A DNA stretch of 35,019 bases from Moorella sp. UBA4076 (lineage in GTDB: Bacteria > Bacillota > DSM-521 > Neomoorellales > Neomoorellaceae). This document shows positions 25,150 through 34,876 of this stretch, piece after piece. The notes beneath the pieces were generated by a model that did not search any database, was not told the DNA's origin, and worked only from the letters and a program-made list of their open reading frames with translations. The position numbers and the translations under genes were made by a program. The stretch is taken from NCBI GenBank assembly GCA_002383405.1, contig DFYS01000099.1, forward strand, positions 20,525 to 55,543, written 5' to 3'. Positions within the stretch are counted from its first letter, which is position 1. Every line of letters starts with the position of its first letter.

Positions 25150-26049
25150 ATGCGCCTTGGCTTTATCGGCCTGGGTAATATGGGCCGGCCCATGGCTTTA
25201 AACCTGATTAAAAACGGGCACGAATTGATAGTTAACGATGTTATCCCAGCGGCTGTCGCGGAACTGGTTATGGCAGGAGCCCGGGCAGAGGAGACACCGG
25301 CGGCGGTGGCCGGGCAGGTAGAGGTTTTAATTACCATGCTGCCCAACGCCGCTATTGTAGCCGGAGTCATGACGGGAGAAAACGGTGTCCTGGCCGGGGC
25401 GCGGCCGGGACTGGTGGTCGTTGACATGAGCAGTGTCGGTCCCGGTGACAGCCGCAAGATGGCGGCCCTGGCCGCCCCAAAGCAGGCAGCCTACCTGGAC
25501 GCCCCGGTATCGGGAGGTGTCACGGGAGCCGCAGCTGGCAAACTGACAATCATGGCCGGCGGCTCCAGAAAAGATTTTTTGAAAGTCAAGCCGGTCCTGG
25601 AGTGCCTGGGGGAGAAGGTCTACCACGTCGGCGATGTCGGCGCCGGGGACGCCGTGAAAATAGTCAATAACCTGCTGCTGGGAATTAATATGGCCGCCGT
25701 GGCCGAGGCCCTGGTACTGGGAGCGAAAGCCGGCCTGAAACCGGAAGTTATGTTAGAAATCATCGGCAGCAGCTCCGGCCAGAGCTACGCCTTCAAGGCC
25801 AAGGTCCCTAATTTTATCCTGCCGGGCCGCTTCGAGCCGGGCTTCGCCATCGACCTCCAGGCCAAGGACCTGGACCTGGCCCTGCAGACCGCCAGGGAAA
25901 ATGATGTACCACTAATGCTCGGCGGCCTGGCGCGCCAGGTATTCGCCCTGGCCCGGGCCCGGGGCCTGGGGGGCCAGGATATAGCCGCCGTTATTAGGGT
26001 CTGGGAAGAAGCAACGGGAGCGGAGGTACGTTATGATCCGCAGGGATAA
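25150..26049 (+). CDS. hgd: 2-(hydroxymethyl)glutarate dehydrogenase (beta-hydroxyacid dehydrogenase family)
   Basis: LGFIGLGNMG, DAPVSGG, GAGDAVKIVNNLLLG (catalytic Lys) and F.IDLQ.KDL. Start moved to ATG 25150 (GAGGAGG at 25135-25141), 299 aa. Specificity inferred from context. Confidence 0.85.
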   Translation: MRLGFIGLGNMGRPMALNLIKNGHELIVNDVIPAAVAELVMAGARAEETPAAVAGQVEVLITMLPNAAIVAGVMTGENGVLAGARPGLVVVDMSSVGPGDSRKMAALAAPKQAAYLDAPVSGGVTGAAAGKLTIMAGGSRKDFLKVKPVLECLGEKVYHVGDVGAGDAVKIVNNLLLGINMAAVAEALVLGAKAGLKPEVMLEIIGSSSGQSYAFKAKVPNFILPGRFEPGFAIDLQAKDLDLALQTARENDVPLMLGGLARQVFALARARGLGGQDIAAVIRVWEEATGAEVRYDPQG

Positions 26050-27469
26050 AGTTCAGGCCCTGGTAGATTACCTGGCGGGTCGGCCCCAGCCATTTAACCC
26101 CTTAACCCTGGGGGGCCTTTTACACCTGGCGGATCAATATGTTACCAGGGTAAGCGAGATAGTGGTGGCCGAAGCCTGCTTTAACGAACACCTCGCACCG
26201 GAAGAAGTGCTGGCCAGGGTAGAGACCGCCTTTGACCACAACCTGGAAACCGTCCGGCTGGGGATGGACCGGGACAGCCAGAGCTTTCTTATGGGCCGGG
26301 TCGGCTATGAATTAACCCGGCAACCGGGTCAGATTACTAACGATTCTTTTCTCGATCGAGCCATCAGCCTTACCCTGGCGGCCCAGGTGGGCAACCACCT
26401 GGTGGGCCTGGCCCCCTGCGCCGGAACCGGTGACGCCTGTGTTTTCAGCGGCCTGACGGCGGCCATGTTGGAGGCATACCCGCGGGAAGAGGTATGGCCG
26501 GCTGTAGCTGTAATGCTCCGGGTCGGTACTTTTTTCCGAGCCGGCAAGACGACCACAGGTTGTAATATGGAAGGCCTGGGCGCCGGCGCATGCGGCACGG
26601 CGGCCGCGCTGGTGGAACTGGCCGGCGGCGGCCCCCGGGAAATGGACAGGGCCATGGTCCTGGCCCTGTCGCCGACTATCAGCGTGCCCTGTACCCCCAG
26701 GGTAATGGTCCCGGGCTTGTGTGCCACCCATATCGGCGGCGCGCTGATGCTGGGGCAGCTGGCCGCCGGGCTGGCCCTTAAAACCTCGATACCGGTCAAT
26801 GTTCCCGTGGATGTAATGCTGGCCCTGGCTGCCAGGGTCCACCAGGTTTCAGCGCGGACAATTGTACCTGAGGTTATTCGTTACATGGAGGCCTACTTCA
26901 AGAGCGACCCCCGGGTTGATCGCTATATTGAAGAACAGGTTAAAAGTGAAGAAGAACAAAGGCGGGCGGCGGTAGCCGGCCGGGCCCGGGAAGAGGTCGG
27001 CCGGCTGGCCGAGCTGGCCAATCCCGTTATCAAACCCTTTGGCGAGGTAGTAGTGGGCGGCAGCAGCCAGGCCGTAGGTTCACCCACCAATACCGCCCGG
27101 ATCGCCCACGCTCTGGCGGGAGACGCAACGATCCAAAAGGTGCTGATCGAACTCTACCCGGAGCTTTTTGCCCGGCGGGCAATCAATGTGCCCGGTATTC
27201 TTATGGGGGCTGTTTACGGCGCCAGCACGGCCGACAGCCAGAGCTATCACCAGATTCTGAACGAATTGCCCCGGCTGGGTATCACGGTAGAGATTAAAGA
27301 AGCCAATGAACCGCAGCTCCAGCGGGTGACGCTAGAGACCAGCGCGGGCCGGGTTATAGTTGACGCCCGCAATCGTGGCGGCGGTCGCCTGGCTCTGGTA
27401 GAGGCCATCCCTTCCCTGGAGGCAGCCCTGGAAGCAGCGCAAAAGCTGGGCATTGTAATTGTACCTTGA
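26033..27469 (+). CDS. hmd: 2-(hydroxymethyl)glutarate dehydratase ([4Fe-4S], serine dehydratase alpha+beta-like fusion)
   Basis: 478 aa. Alpha-like region with APCAG and C-X42-C-X9-C (GCNMEG...[13 protein letters not shown]), then a beta-like region [19 protein letters not shown]. Lies between hgd and mgm. Confidence 0.82.
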   Translation: MIRRDKVQALVDYLAGRPQPFNPLTLGGLLHLADQYVTRVSEIVVAEACFNEHLAPEEVLARVETAFDHNLETVRLGMDRDSQSFLMGRVGYELTRQPGQITNDSFLDRAISLTLAAQVGNHLVGLAPCAGTGDACVFSGLTAAMLEAYPREEVWPAVAVMLRVGTFFRAGKTTTGCNMEGLGAGACGTAAALVELAGGGPREMDRAMVLALSPTISVPCTPRVMVPGLCATHIGGALMLGQLAAGLALKTSIPVNVPVDVMLALAARVHQVSARTIVPEVIRYMEAYFKSDPRVDRYIEEQVKSEEEQRRAAVAGRAREEVGRLAELANPVIKPFGEVVVGGSSQAVGSPTNTARIAHALAGDATIQKVLIELYPELFARRAINVPGILMGAVYGASTADSQSYHQILNELPRLGITVEIKEANEPQLQRVTLETSAGRVIVDARNRGGGRLALVEAIPSLEAALEAAQKLGIVIVP

Positions 27470-27507
27470 AGTGGATATTTAAGAGTGAAAGTATAGGAGC
27501 GAAGACC

Positions 27508-29361
27508 ATGCAGGAAAAGACGCAAGCTATTATCAGGGAAGATATCGACCGGGTGCGGGCCTACGCCCGGCTCTTCGGCGTCACCATGCCGGAAGTGGGA
27601 CCCGACGGCTCGGTTAAGGGGCTACCGGCGCCTTACCCGCGGGAAGTGGCCGGCATGATTCGCGACGGGCATCGCCTGACCGCACTGGCGCGCCAGGCCG
27701 CTCATACCGGTATACCGGTCCAGAACCCCATCCTGGGCCGCAATTCCGGGGCCGAGACCTTGGCGCAATCCCGGGACATGTATGCCATTGCCGATCAACT
27801 GGGCATTAAGCTCTTCCATTTTGTCCATTCTGAAGCTACCCGCCATATCGACCCCCTGGATGGGGCGGAACTGATCGAGCAGTCGCGGGGGAAAGGGGGC
27901 ATAACTCCCAAAGGGGAGCGGGAGTTTGTCCAGATAGGCGGGGGTGCCGTCCACCCCCTGCGCATTAACGCCACCGGCGATACGCCGCACCTATCCATTT
28001 TGAATGCCTTTATAGCCGGCTTTGACGGGACGGACATCGGCCCGGTCATTCACGTTCATTTTGGCGGCCGGGGCATCCACGATTATAAAACCAAAGTCAA
28101 AAATGGCTTTAAGGCGCTGGAAATTTGCGCTGAAAACAATATCTATGTTCAGATAGAGTCCCATAAGCACCTGAACAATATCGGCGGCACCGACGGTGCC
28201 GGGTTAGCCGGTTGCCTTCTGGCTGAAGGACTGGCCGTCCTGGCGGGGTTGCCAGCGGAACTGGGCGCCCTGCAGATGAATGTCGCCGGGATTAACCTCC
28301 TGGCTGATCTGGCCGCTATCCGCGCTTTCCGCCGGGTGATGGGGAGCGAAGCCCTTATCGTCGTGCCGGAGACCTTCCAGAACCCACCTCCGGATTTAAT
28401 CGCTGAGCAGGGGCACTTCGCCCGCATGGCCATGGCGGCCAGGCTTGGCGGCGCCAATTTCTACCGGCCCAAGGCAGCCGAATCCGTTGGCATTCCTACA
28501 GGTGAATCCATGGGCCATGCTATCTGGGCCACCCAGAATATCTTTGAAAACATGGCTTCCATCACCATTAATGACCCGGCCATCGACCGCCGGGAAGAAA
28601 TCATTTTGACCGAAGCCATGGCCGTCCTGGCGGCTACCCTGGGATTAAAATCCCTGCCGGCCCCCGAAGATATAACGGCTGCCTTCTGGCGGCGCTATGA
28701 GCCGGAGGAGTTAATCGAGAAGATTGTGACTGCCGGCAAGCAGGGAATATTGGACGCCCCCCGGGCCGGGGGCTGGGATCTCAAGCGGGCGGTTAAAACC
28801 CACCGCGACCGGGACGGCATTCGCCGTTACGTGCCCGGCTACGGGCCGGCCATGATTGACCCCAGATATCTGGATTTCAGCCAGGAAGAAGTTTCAGTTC
28901 CAGCTCTACCTCCGGTTTCAGAAAAGGCCAGGGTTGTCCTGGCTACAGTAGGAGCTGATGCTCATGTCGTAGGGATTAACCAGATCCGGGAGGCCTTTCA
29001 GCAGGCCGGCTTTGAAGTCATCTACATGCGGGGTATGAATTTACCGGAGACGGTGGCGGAAGTTGTTGCCGAGAGCAAGGCACAGGTAGTCGGCGTGAGC
29101 AACCTCCTGGGCCTGGGGATCACCCTGTTCCCCCGCCTGGATAAACGCTTGAAAGAACTGGGCCTGCGGGATAAAGTACTGGTAATAGCCGGCGGGCGGA
29201 TCGCCGAAAAAGAGGAAGAACACGCCGAACTGGAAGCAAAGATCAAAACTGAAGGACCGGAATTTATCGGGGTGGACGCCTTTTTCGGACCGGGGACCGA
29301 TCCCCAGGAACCGGTAGCCTGGGTCCGGGCCCATTTAAAGGAGGTTATGGGTGATGAGTGA
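27508..29361 (+). CDS. mgm: 2-methyleneglutarate mutase (adenosylcobalamin-dependent)
   Basis: 617 aa from ATG 27508 (AGGAG RBS), starting [49 protein letters not shown], and a C-terminal B12 domain with DxHxxG (GADAHVVG), GVSNL and AGG. Closely follows E. barkeri Mgm as I recall it. Confidence 0.93.
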   Translation: MQEKTQAIIREDIDRVRAYARLFGVTMPEVGPDGSVKGLPAPYPREVAGMIRDGHRLTALARQAAHTGIPVQNPILGRNSGAETLAQSRDMYAIADQLGIKLFHFVHSEATRHIDPLDGAELIEQSRGKGGITPKGEREFVQIGGGAVHPLRINATGDTPHLSILNAFIAGFDGTDIGPVIHVHFGGRGIHDYKTKVKNGFKALEICAENNIYVQIESHKHLNNIGGTDGAGLAGCLLAEGLAVLAGLPAELGALQMNVAGINLLADLAAIRAFRRVMGSEALIVVPETFQNPPPDLIAEQGHFARMAMAARLGGANFYRPKAAESVGIPTGESMGHAIWATQNIFENMASITINDPAIDRREEIILTEAMAVLAATLGLKSLPAPEDITAAFWRRYEPEELIEKIVTAGKQGILDAPRAGGWDLKRAVKTHRDRDGIRRYVPGYGPAMIDPRYLDFSQEEVSVPALPPVSEKARVVLATVGADAHVVGINQIREAFQQAGFEVIYMRGMNLPETVAEVVAESKAQVVGVSNLLGLGITLFPRLDKRLKELGLRDKVLVIAGGRIAEKEEEHAELEAKIKTEGPEFIGVDAFFGPGTDPQEPVAWVRAHLKEVMGDE

Positions 29362-30508
29362 GATGCTGCGCGTGCGCTGTGCCATCTTACGCGGGGGGAC
29401 CAGCAAGGGCATATTTTTACATGAAAATGATTTGCCCTGCGATCGGGTTTTAAGGGACCGGATGATCCTGGCTATTTTCGGCAGTCCTGATGTGCGCCAG
29501 ATTGACGGCCTGGGCGGGGCCGATCCCCTGACCAGCAAGTTGGCCATTATCGGCCCTTCCTCCCGGCCCGACGCCGATGTTGATTATACCTTCGGCCAGG
29601 TAAGCATCAAGGAGCCGTTGATCGACTACTCCGGCAACTGCGGCAATATCTCGGCAGCTGTAGGTCCTTTTGCCATTGACGAGGGTCTGGTTCGCGCTCA
29701 GGAACCGGTAACTGACGTCCGTATTCACAATACCAACACCGGTAAGATTATCGTCGCCGAGGTGCCGGTCCAAAACGGTAAAGCCAGGGTAACGGGGGAT
29801 TATCAAATCGACGGGGTTCCCGGAACGGGTGCGAAAATCATGCTCGACTTTGCCGGGACGGCCGGGGCGGCCACCGGCAGGCTGTTACCGACAGGGCGGC
29901 CGGTCGATGTCCTGGACGTTCCCGGTTACGGCCGTCTGGAGGTCTCTTTGATCGATGCAGCCAACCCCATGGTTTTTGTCCGGGCGGCTGCCCTGGGCCT
30001 TAAAGGGACCGAAGCACCGGCAGAGATTGACAGTAACCCGGGACTTCTGGAGTTGTTAGAGACGATCCGCGCCCTGGGGGCCTGCGCCATGGGCCTGGCT
30101 GCCACCCCGGAGGAAGCCAGCCGGCGCATCCCGGCCTTCCCCATGCTGGCCTTCGTCGCCCCGCCCCAAGATTATCATAGCTTTACCACCCAGAGATTGA
30201 TCAAGGCGGAAGAGGTCGACTTTGTTTCCCGGTTGATGTATATGCAAGTAATGCACAAAACCTACGCCGGTACCGGCACTACCTGTACCGGGGCTGCCGC
30301 CGCCATTCCCGGGACTATCGTCAATGAAGTTTCGCATCGTCATAAGGGACTGATCCGCATCGGCCACCCGGCGGGGGTTATTTCCATTGAAGTGGCTGCC
30401 GCCATTCAGGGGAATGAAATAACCCTTACCCGGGCGGCCGTCGGCCGCACGGCGCGGCGGCTGATGGATGGTTATGTTTATGTAGTCGCGGAAAATATGC
30501 AGGCCTAA
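29354..30508 (+). CDS. mii: 3-methylitaconate isomerase (PrpF family)
   Basis: [47 protein letters not shown] and RTARRLMDG. Overlaps the mgm stop. AGGAGG RBS; the start is 29354 or GTG 29351. Confidence 0.88.
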   Translation: MSEMLRVRCAILRGGTSKGIFLHENDLPCDRVLRDRMILAIFGSPDVRQIDGLGGADPLTSKLAIIGPSSRPDADVDYTFGQVSIKEPLIDYSGNCGNISAAVGPFAIDEGLVRAQEPVTDVRIHNTNTGKIIVAEVPVQNGKARVTGDYQIDGVPGTGAKIMLDFAGTAGAATGRLLPTGRPVDVLDVPGYGRLEVSLIDAANPMVFVRAAALGLKGTEAPAEIDSNPGLLELLETIRALGACAMGLAATPEEASRRIPAFPMLAFVAPPQDYHSFTTQRLIKAEEVDFVSRLMYMQVMHKTYAGTGTTCTGAAAAIPGTIVNEVSHRHKGLIRIGHPAGVISIEVAAAIQGNEITLTRAAVGRTARRLMDGYVYVVAENMQA

Positions 30509-30522
30509 AGGGATAAGAAGTT

Positions 30523-31956
30523 ATGGAAATAAAAGCCTTTGATGTCGGCAGCACTTTTACTAAGGTTAATGCTTACCGGCTGGAAGCCGGCCGTTTACAG
30601 TGGCTGGCCCGCGCCCAGGCGCCGACGACGGTTCAGGATATCCGCGTGGGGCTGGAACAGGCGCTGAAAGGCTTACCGGGAGGCCCCGGCTTGCCAGACC
30701 TGGCGGGCCAGCAGGTTTTGGCTTCCAGCAGTGCCGCCGGGGGCCTGCGGATGGTGGCCATCGGCTATATGCCGCGGGTGACGGCCAAGGCTGCCCTGGA
30801 GGTGGCCATGAATGCCGGGGCCAGGGTCCTGGAGGTGTTATCCGAAGAGGATACCCCGGCCTATCGCCGGGAGGTCCTGCTGGAGATCAAGCCGGACATT
30901 GTTCTTCTTACCGGGGGGACCGACGGCGGCGATACTGACGCCCTATGGCAGAATGCCTGCCTCCTGGCGGATTTAAAGCTCCCGGCAGTGGTTATTATTG
31001 CCGGTAACAGCCAGGCCCAGGCCCGGGCGGCCGAGATTTTGGCAGCCGCCGGAGTCAGGCACCGGCGGGTGGCCAACGTTATGCCCACCATCCACGAATT
31101 GCGGGTCCAGCCGGCCAGGGAGGCCATTCACGGGGAGTTTATCCGCCAGATTACCCGAGCGCCGGGATTGCGTTACCTGGAGGGCCTGGTTCCCGGGGGT
31201 GAGGTTATCCCTACACCCGGGGCCGTCCTCATGGGGGCCGAACTTTTAGCCCGCGGCTATTATGAAGAAAAAGGGCTGGGGAGCCTGGTGGTTATTGACC
31301 TGGGCGGGGCGACTACGGATGTCCATTCTGTTATCCCCCAGTTAGAAGGACTTCCCCTGGAAGAGAGGGGCCTCATCTTGACCAATGAAAAACAGGTGGC
31401 CTACCGGACGGTGGAAGGGAACCTGGGCCTGCGGGTCAGTTGCCGGGGGATTGTGGAAACAGTAGGACCGCGCCAGGTTTTACTCCGGGCCAAACTCCCG
31501 GTTACCGAAGAGATGGAGCAGGAACTCCTGGCCTATTGCCAGCGGGTGGAAGGCCAGACGGAGACCCTGGCCGGGAACGAAAAAGAGCGTTGTTTTGACC
31601 GCGGCCTGGCCATAGCAGCCGTAGAAACAGCCTTGAAACGCCATGCCGGGCACTTAAGCCAGGAGTATAACCCGGTGATGGGCATCGCTCCCGGTACGCC
31701 CATGGGTCGGGACCTGCGGCCGGTTAAATATATCATTGCGGTGGGCGGTATTTTTACAGCCCTGCCGGGGGAAGAAGCCAGGGCGATTGTGCGGGAGGCC
31801 TTGGCCAACCGGGGCATTTCCCTTTTACCTCAAGAACCGGAGATCCTCATTGACGGCGACTATTTACTTTATTCCGTGGGCCTTATGGCATCCCGCCACC
31901 CCTATGAAACTCTTAATTTCGCTAAACAGTATTTCGGTTTACTTCCAGATCATTAA
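30523..31956 (+). CDS. GlmL/MutL-type (glutamate mutase L family) accessory ATPase, putative Mgm reactivase
   Basis: DVGSTFTK, SSSAAGGLRM, LLTGGTDGG, PTPGAV, DLGGATTDVHS and RTVEGNLG, the actin-like ATPase motifs of the GlmL family. Confidence 0.85.
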   Translation: MEIKAFDVGSTFTKVNAYRLEAGRLQWLARAQAPTTVQDIRVGLEQALKGLPGGPGLPDLAGQQVLASSSAAGGLRMVAIGYMPRVTAKAALEVAMNAGARVLEVLSEEDTPAYRREVLLEIKPDIVLLTGGTDGGDTDALWQNACLLADLKLPAVVIIAGNSQAQARAAEILAAAGVRHRRVANVMPTIHELRVQPAREAIHGEFIRQITRAPGLRYLEGLVPGGEVIPTPGAVLMGAELLARGYYEEKGLGSLVVIDLGGATTDVHSVIPQLEGLPLEERGLILTNEKQVAYRTVEGNLGLRVSCRGIVETVGPRQVLLRAKLPVTEEMEQELLAYCQRVEGQTETLAGNEKERCFDRGLAIAAVETALKRHAGHLSQEYNPVMGIAPGTPMGRDLRPVKYIIAVGGIFTALPGEEARAIVREALANRGISLLPQEPEILIDGDYLLYSVGLMASRHPYETLNFAKQYFGLLPDH

Positions 31957-31972
31957 GGGAGAGGAAGCAACG

Positions 31973-32851
31973 ATGCGACCTACAACCAAGCTACGGCAGC
32001 TATTAAACCAGAAACAAATTCTAGTAGCACCGGGTGCTCACGATGTACTGGCGGCTAAGATTATTCAACAGGCGGGCTTTGAGGCCGTTTACTTCACCGG
32101 CTACGGCCAGGCAGCCAGCCACCTGGGGCAGCCCGATGTGGGGCTGCTTACCATGACGGAAATGGTAACCAGGCTCAATAATACCGCGGTCGCCGTCGAC
32201 ATTCCGGTTATTGCCGACGCTGATACCGGCTTTGGCAACGCCATTAACACCATGCGCACCGTCCGGGAATACGAGAAAGCCGGGGCGGCGGCCATCCAAC
32301 TGGAGGACCAGGTTTCACCCAAGAAATGCGGTCATATGCTCGACCGCCAGGTAGTCCCTGTGGAAGAAATGGTGAGCAAAATCAAAGCCGCAGTGGCAGC
32401 CAGGCGCGACCCCGACCTGGTAATTATCGCCCGAACGGACGCCCGGACCAGCAGGGGACTGGAAGAAGCCCTCGCCCGGGGGAGGGCCTACGAAGCCGCC
32501 GGTGCCGACGTGCTCTTCATCGAATCGCCGGAAACTGTGGACGAGATGAAGCAGATTTGCTCTTCTTTTAAAGTTCCTGTGTTGGCCAATATGGTAGAAG
32601 GCGGCCGTACTCCCCTCATGAAAGTTAAAGAGCTGGAGGAACTGGGCTACAGGCTGGTTATTTTCCCCACGGCATCGGTTTATACAGCCGCCAAAGCCTT
32701 AATTGATCTCATGGCTAATTTAAAGGCCAGCGGTACTACCAGGTATTTCATGGAACAGATGTTACCTTTTAGCGATTTCAACAAGCTTATCGGCCTGCCG
32801 GAGATTAAAGAACTGGAAAAAAAATACGCCACCAACGGCTGCTGTCATTAA
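31973..32851 (+). CDS. dml: 2,3-dimethylmalate lyase (ICL/PEP mutase family)
   Basis: PVIADADTGFG, LEDQVSPKKCGH, IIARTDA and NMVEGGRTP. Start moved to ATG 31973 (GGGAGAGG RBS), 292 aa. Specificity inferred from context. Confidence 0.85.
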   Translation: MRPTTKLRQLLNQKQILVAPGAHDVLAAKIIQQAGFEAVYFTGYGQAASHLGQPDVGLLTMTEMVTRLNNTAVAVDIPVIADADTGFGNAINTMRTVREYEKAGAAAIQLEDQVSPKKCGHMLDRQVVPVEEMVSKIKAAVAARRDPDLVIIARTDARTSRGLEEALARGRAYEAAGADVLFIESPETVDEMKQICSSFKVPVLANMVEGGRTPLMKVKELEELGYRLVIFPTASVYTAAKALIDLMANLKASGTTRYFMEQMLPFSDFNKLIGLPEIKELEKKYATNGCCH

Positions 32852-32872
32852 TTGTGGAGAGGGATTAAGCAA

Positions 32873-34135
32873 ATGGGCATGACCATTACCGAAAAGATCC
32901 TGGCCGCCCACGCCGGCCTTGAACACGTGGAGCCAGGCCAGCTCATCAACGCCAAGGTAGACCTGGCCCTGGGGAACGACATCACTGCCCCGCTAGCTAT
33001 CCAGGAATTTAAAAAACTGGGCGTCAAGAAGGTCTTTGATCCGGAGCGGGTGGTTCTAGTGCCGGATCACTTCACCCCGGCCAAGGACATCCAGTCCGCC
33101 GAGCAGGCGAAAATATTACGCGAATTCGCCCGCGAGCAGGGGCTCACCAACTACTTCGAAATCGGCCGCATGGGCATCGAACACTGCCTGCTGCCCGAAG
33201 CCGGGCTGGTCGGCCCCGGGGATCTGGTCATCGGCGCCGACTCCCACACCTGTACCTACGGCGCCTTGGGGGCCTTCGCCACGGGGGTGGGCTCCACGGA
33301 CTTAGCCGCCGCCATGGTCACCGGCGAGCTATGGTTCAAAGTACCCGCAACCATCCTTTTTAGATACCACGGCAAGCTCCAGCCCTGGGTCGGCGGCAAG
33401 GACCTCATTATCTACACCATCGGCCAGATCGGCGTCGACGGCGCCCGCTACATGGCCATGGAGTTCACCGGAGAAGCCGTAAGAGAGCTCTCCATGGACG
33501 GCCGCTTCACCATGGCCAACATGGCTATCGAAGCCGGAGGTAAAAACGGCATTTTCGCGGTAGACGAAAAGACGAAGGCTTACATCCAGGGCCGCCTAAA
33601 ACGGGACTACCGCATTTACGCGAGCGACCCGGACGCCAGGTACGCCGAGACAATAGACATCGACGTCGCTAAAATCGAACCCCAGGTAGCCCTGCCGCAC
33701 CTGCCCGAGAACGCTCGGAGTGTTAAAGAAATAGGCGAGATCAAGATCGACCAGGTAGTCATCGGCAGCTGCACCAACGGGCGGCTGGAAGACTTAAGGA
33801 TAGCGGCGCAACTGCTGCGGGGCAAGAAGGTCCACCCGGAGGTACGCTTAATCATCATCCCCGGCACGCAAAAGATCTACGCCGGCGCCCTGGCCGAAGG
33901 GCTCATCACCATCTTTATTGAAGCCGGGGCGGCCGTATCCACGCCCACCTGCGGCCCCTGTTTAGGCGGGCATATGGGTATCCTGGCCAGAGGCGAACGG
34001 GCCGTAGCCACCACCAACCGCAACTTTGTCGGCCGCATGGGCCACCCGGAGAGCGAAGTTTATCTCGCCGGCCCGGCAGTAGCCGCCGCCAGCGCCGTCA
34101 AAGGGCGCATTGCCGCCCCCGAAGAGGCTATTTGA
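32873..34135 (+). CDS. dmdA: 2,3-dimethylmalate dehydratase large subunit (LeuC/HacA-type aconitase family)
   Basis: 420 aa from ATG 32873. [30 protein letters not shown] and [11 protein letters not shown]. Sequence alone cannot separate it from LeuC; dmdA is called from context (no leuA or leuB nearby). Confidence 0.75.
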   Translation: MGMTITEKILAAHAGLEHVEPGQLINAKVDLALGNDITAPLAIQEFKKLGVKKVFDPERVVLVPDHFTPAKDIQSAEQAKILREFAREQGLTNYFEIGRMGIEHCLLPEAGLVGPGDLVIGADSHTCTYGALGAFATGVGSTDLAAAMVTGELWFKVPATILFRYHGKLQPWVGGKDLIIYTIGQIGVDGARYMAMEFTGEAVRELSMDGRFTMANMAIEAGGKNGIFAVDEKTKAYIQGRLKRDYRIYASDPDARYAETIDIDVAKIEPQVALPHLPENARSVKEIGEIKIDQVVIGSCTNGRLEDLRIAAQLLRGKKVHPEVRLIIIPGTQKIYAGALAEGLITIFIEAGAAVSTPTCGPCLGGHMGILARGERAVATTNRNFVGRMGHPESEVYLAGPAVAAASAVKGRIAAPEEAI

Positions 34136-34357
34136 GAGGTGAGAGGTGAGAGATGGGAGGGGGGGACGGGCAAGGGCACAACTGATGCCAATCCCCTATT
34201 CTCTGTCTATTTTGTGAAGAAGCGTCTAGGGGGGCACATGTTCCCCCGGAGAAACATGAAAATGCTGGGGATGAGGATACCGGGGCTTTAATCTGAAACT
34301 GGCGCCGCAAGTTTTGGCAGGCATCCCACCTCCAAATTCCCCTATCTCACATCTCAT
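34135..34357. repeat. Heptamer-bracketed intergenic element, copy B (dmdA-dmdB)
   Basis: Left array AGAGGTG AGAGGTG AGAGATG GGAGGGG (34135-34162). Right array CACCTCC AAATTCC CCTATCT CACATCT CAT (34327-34357). 34287-34357 aligns ungapped to 11510-11580 at 51/71 positions by hand count. Confidence 0.8.
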
Positions 34358-34374
34358 TTTCGGAGGATGATATC

Positions 34375-34875
34375 ATGCTTATTCAAGGGAAGTGCCACAC
34401 CTTCGGCAATGACATCGACACCGACGCTATCATTCCGGCGCGGTATCTGAATACCTCCGACCCTGGAGAACTCGCCCGTCACTGCATGGAAGACGCCGAC
34501 CCCACCTTTGCCGGGCGGGTAAAGGCCGGGGAAATAATAGTGGCCGGGAAAAACTTCGGCTGCGGCAGCTCCCGGGAGCACGCGCCGGTAGCCATCAAGG
34601 CCGCCGGGGTAGCGGCGGTCGTCGCCGCTTCCTTTGCCCGTATCTTCTATCGCAACGCCATCAATATCGGCCTGCCCATCTTCGAGTCGCCGGCCGCGGC
34701 GGCGGGGATAGCCGCCGGGGATGAAATAAAGATCGATGCCGGGAAGGGCGAGATAGTGAACCTGACGAAAGGGGAAACCTACCCGGTGGCATCTTTCCCG
34801 CCTTTCATGCAGGAACTTATTGCCGCCGGGGGGTTAATGCCCTATGTGGCCGGGAAGGTTGGAGGGTATTCTTGA
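34375..34875 (+). CDS. dmdB: 2,3-dimethylmalate dehydratase small subunit (LeuD-type)
   Basis: [30 protein letters not shown] and [24 protein letters not shown]. Called from context. Confidence 0.75.
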   Translation: MLIQGKCHTFGNDIDTDAIIPARYLNTSDPGELARHCMEDADPTFAGRVKAGEIIVAGKNFGCGSSREHAPVAIKAAGVAAVVAASFARIFYRNAINIGLPIFESPAAAAGIAAGDEIKIDAGKGEIVNLTKGETYPVASFPPFMQELIAAGGLMPYVAGKVGGYS

Positions 34876-34876
34876 G

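Noticed and set aside
29354-34875. Methylcitrate cycle (prpF/prpB) or leucine biosynthesis (leuCD) operon
   Set aside because: No prpC, prpD/acnD, leuA or leuB is present. Linkage to mgm explains these genes as mii, dml and dmdAB.
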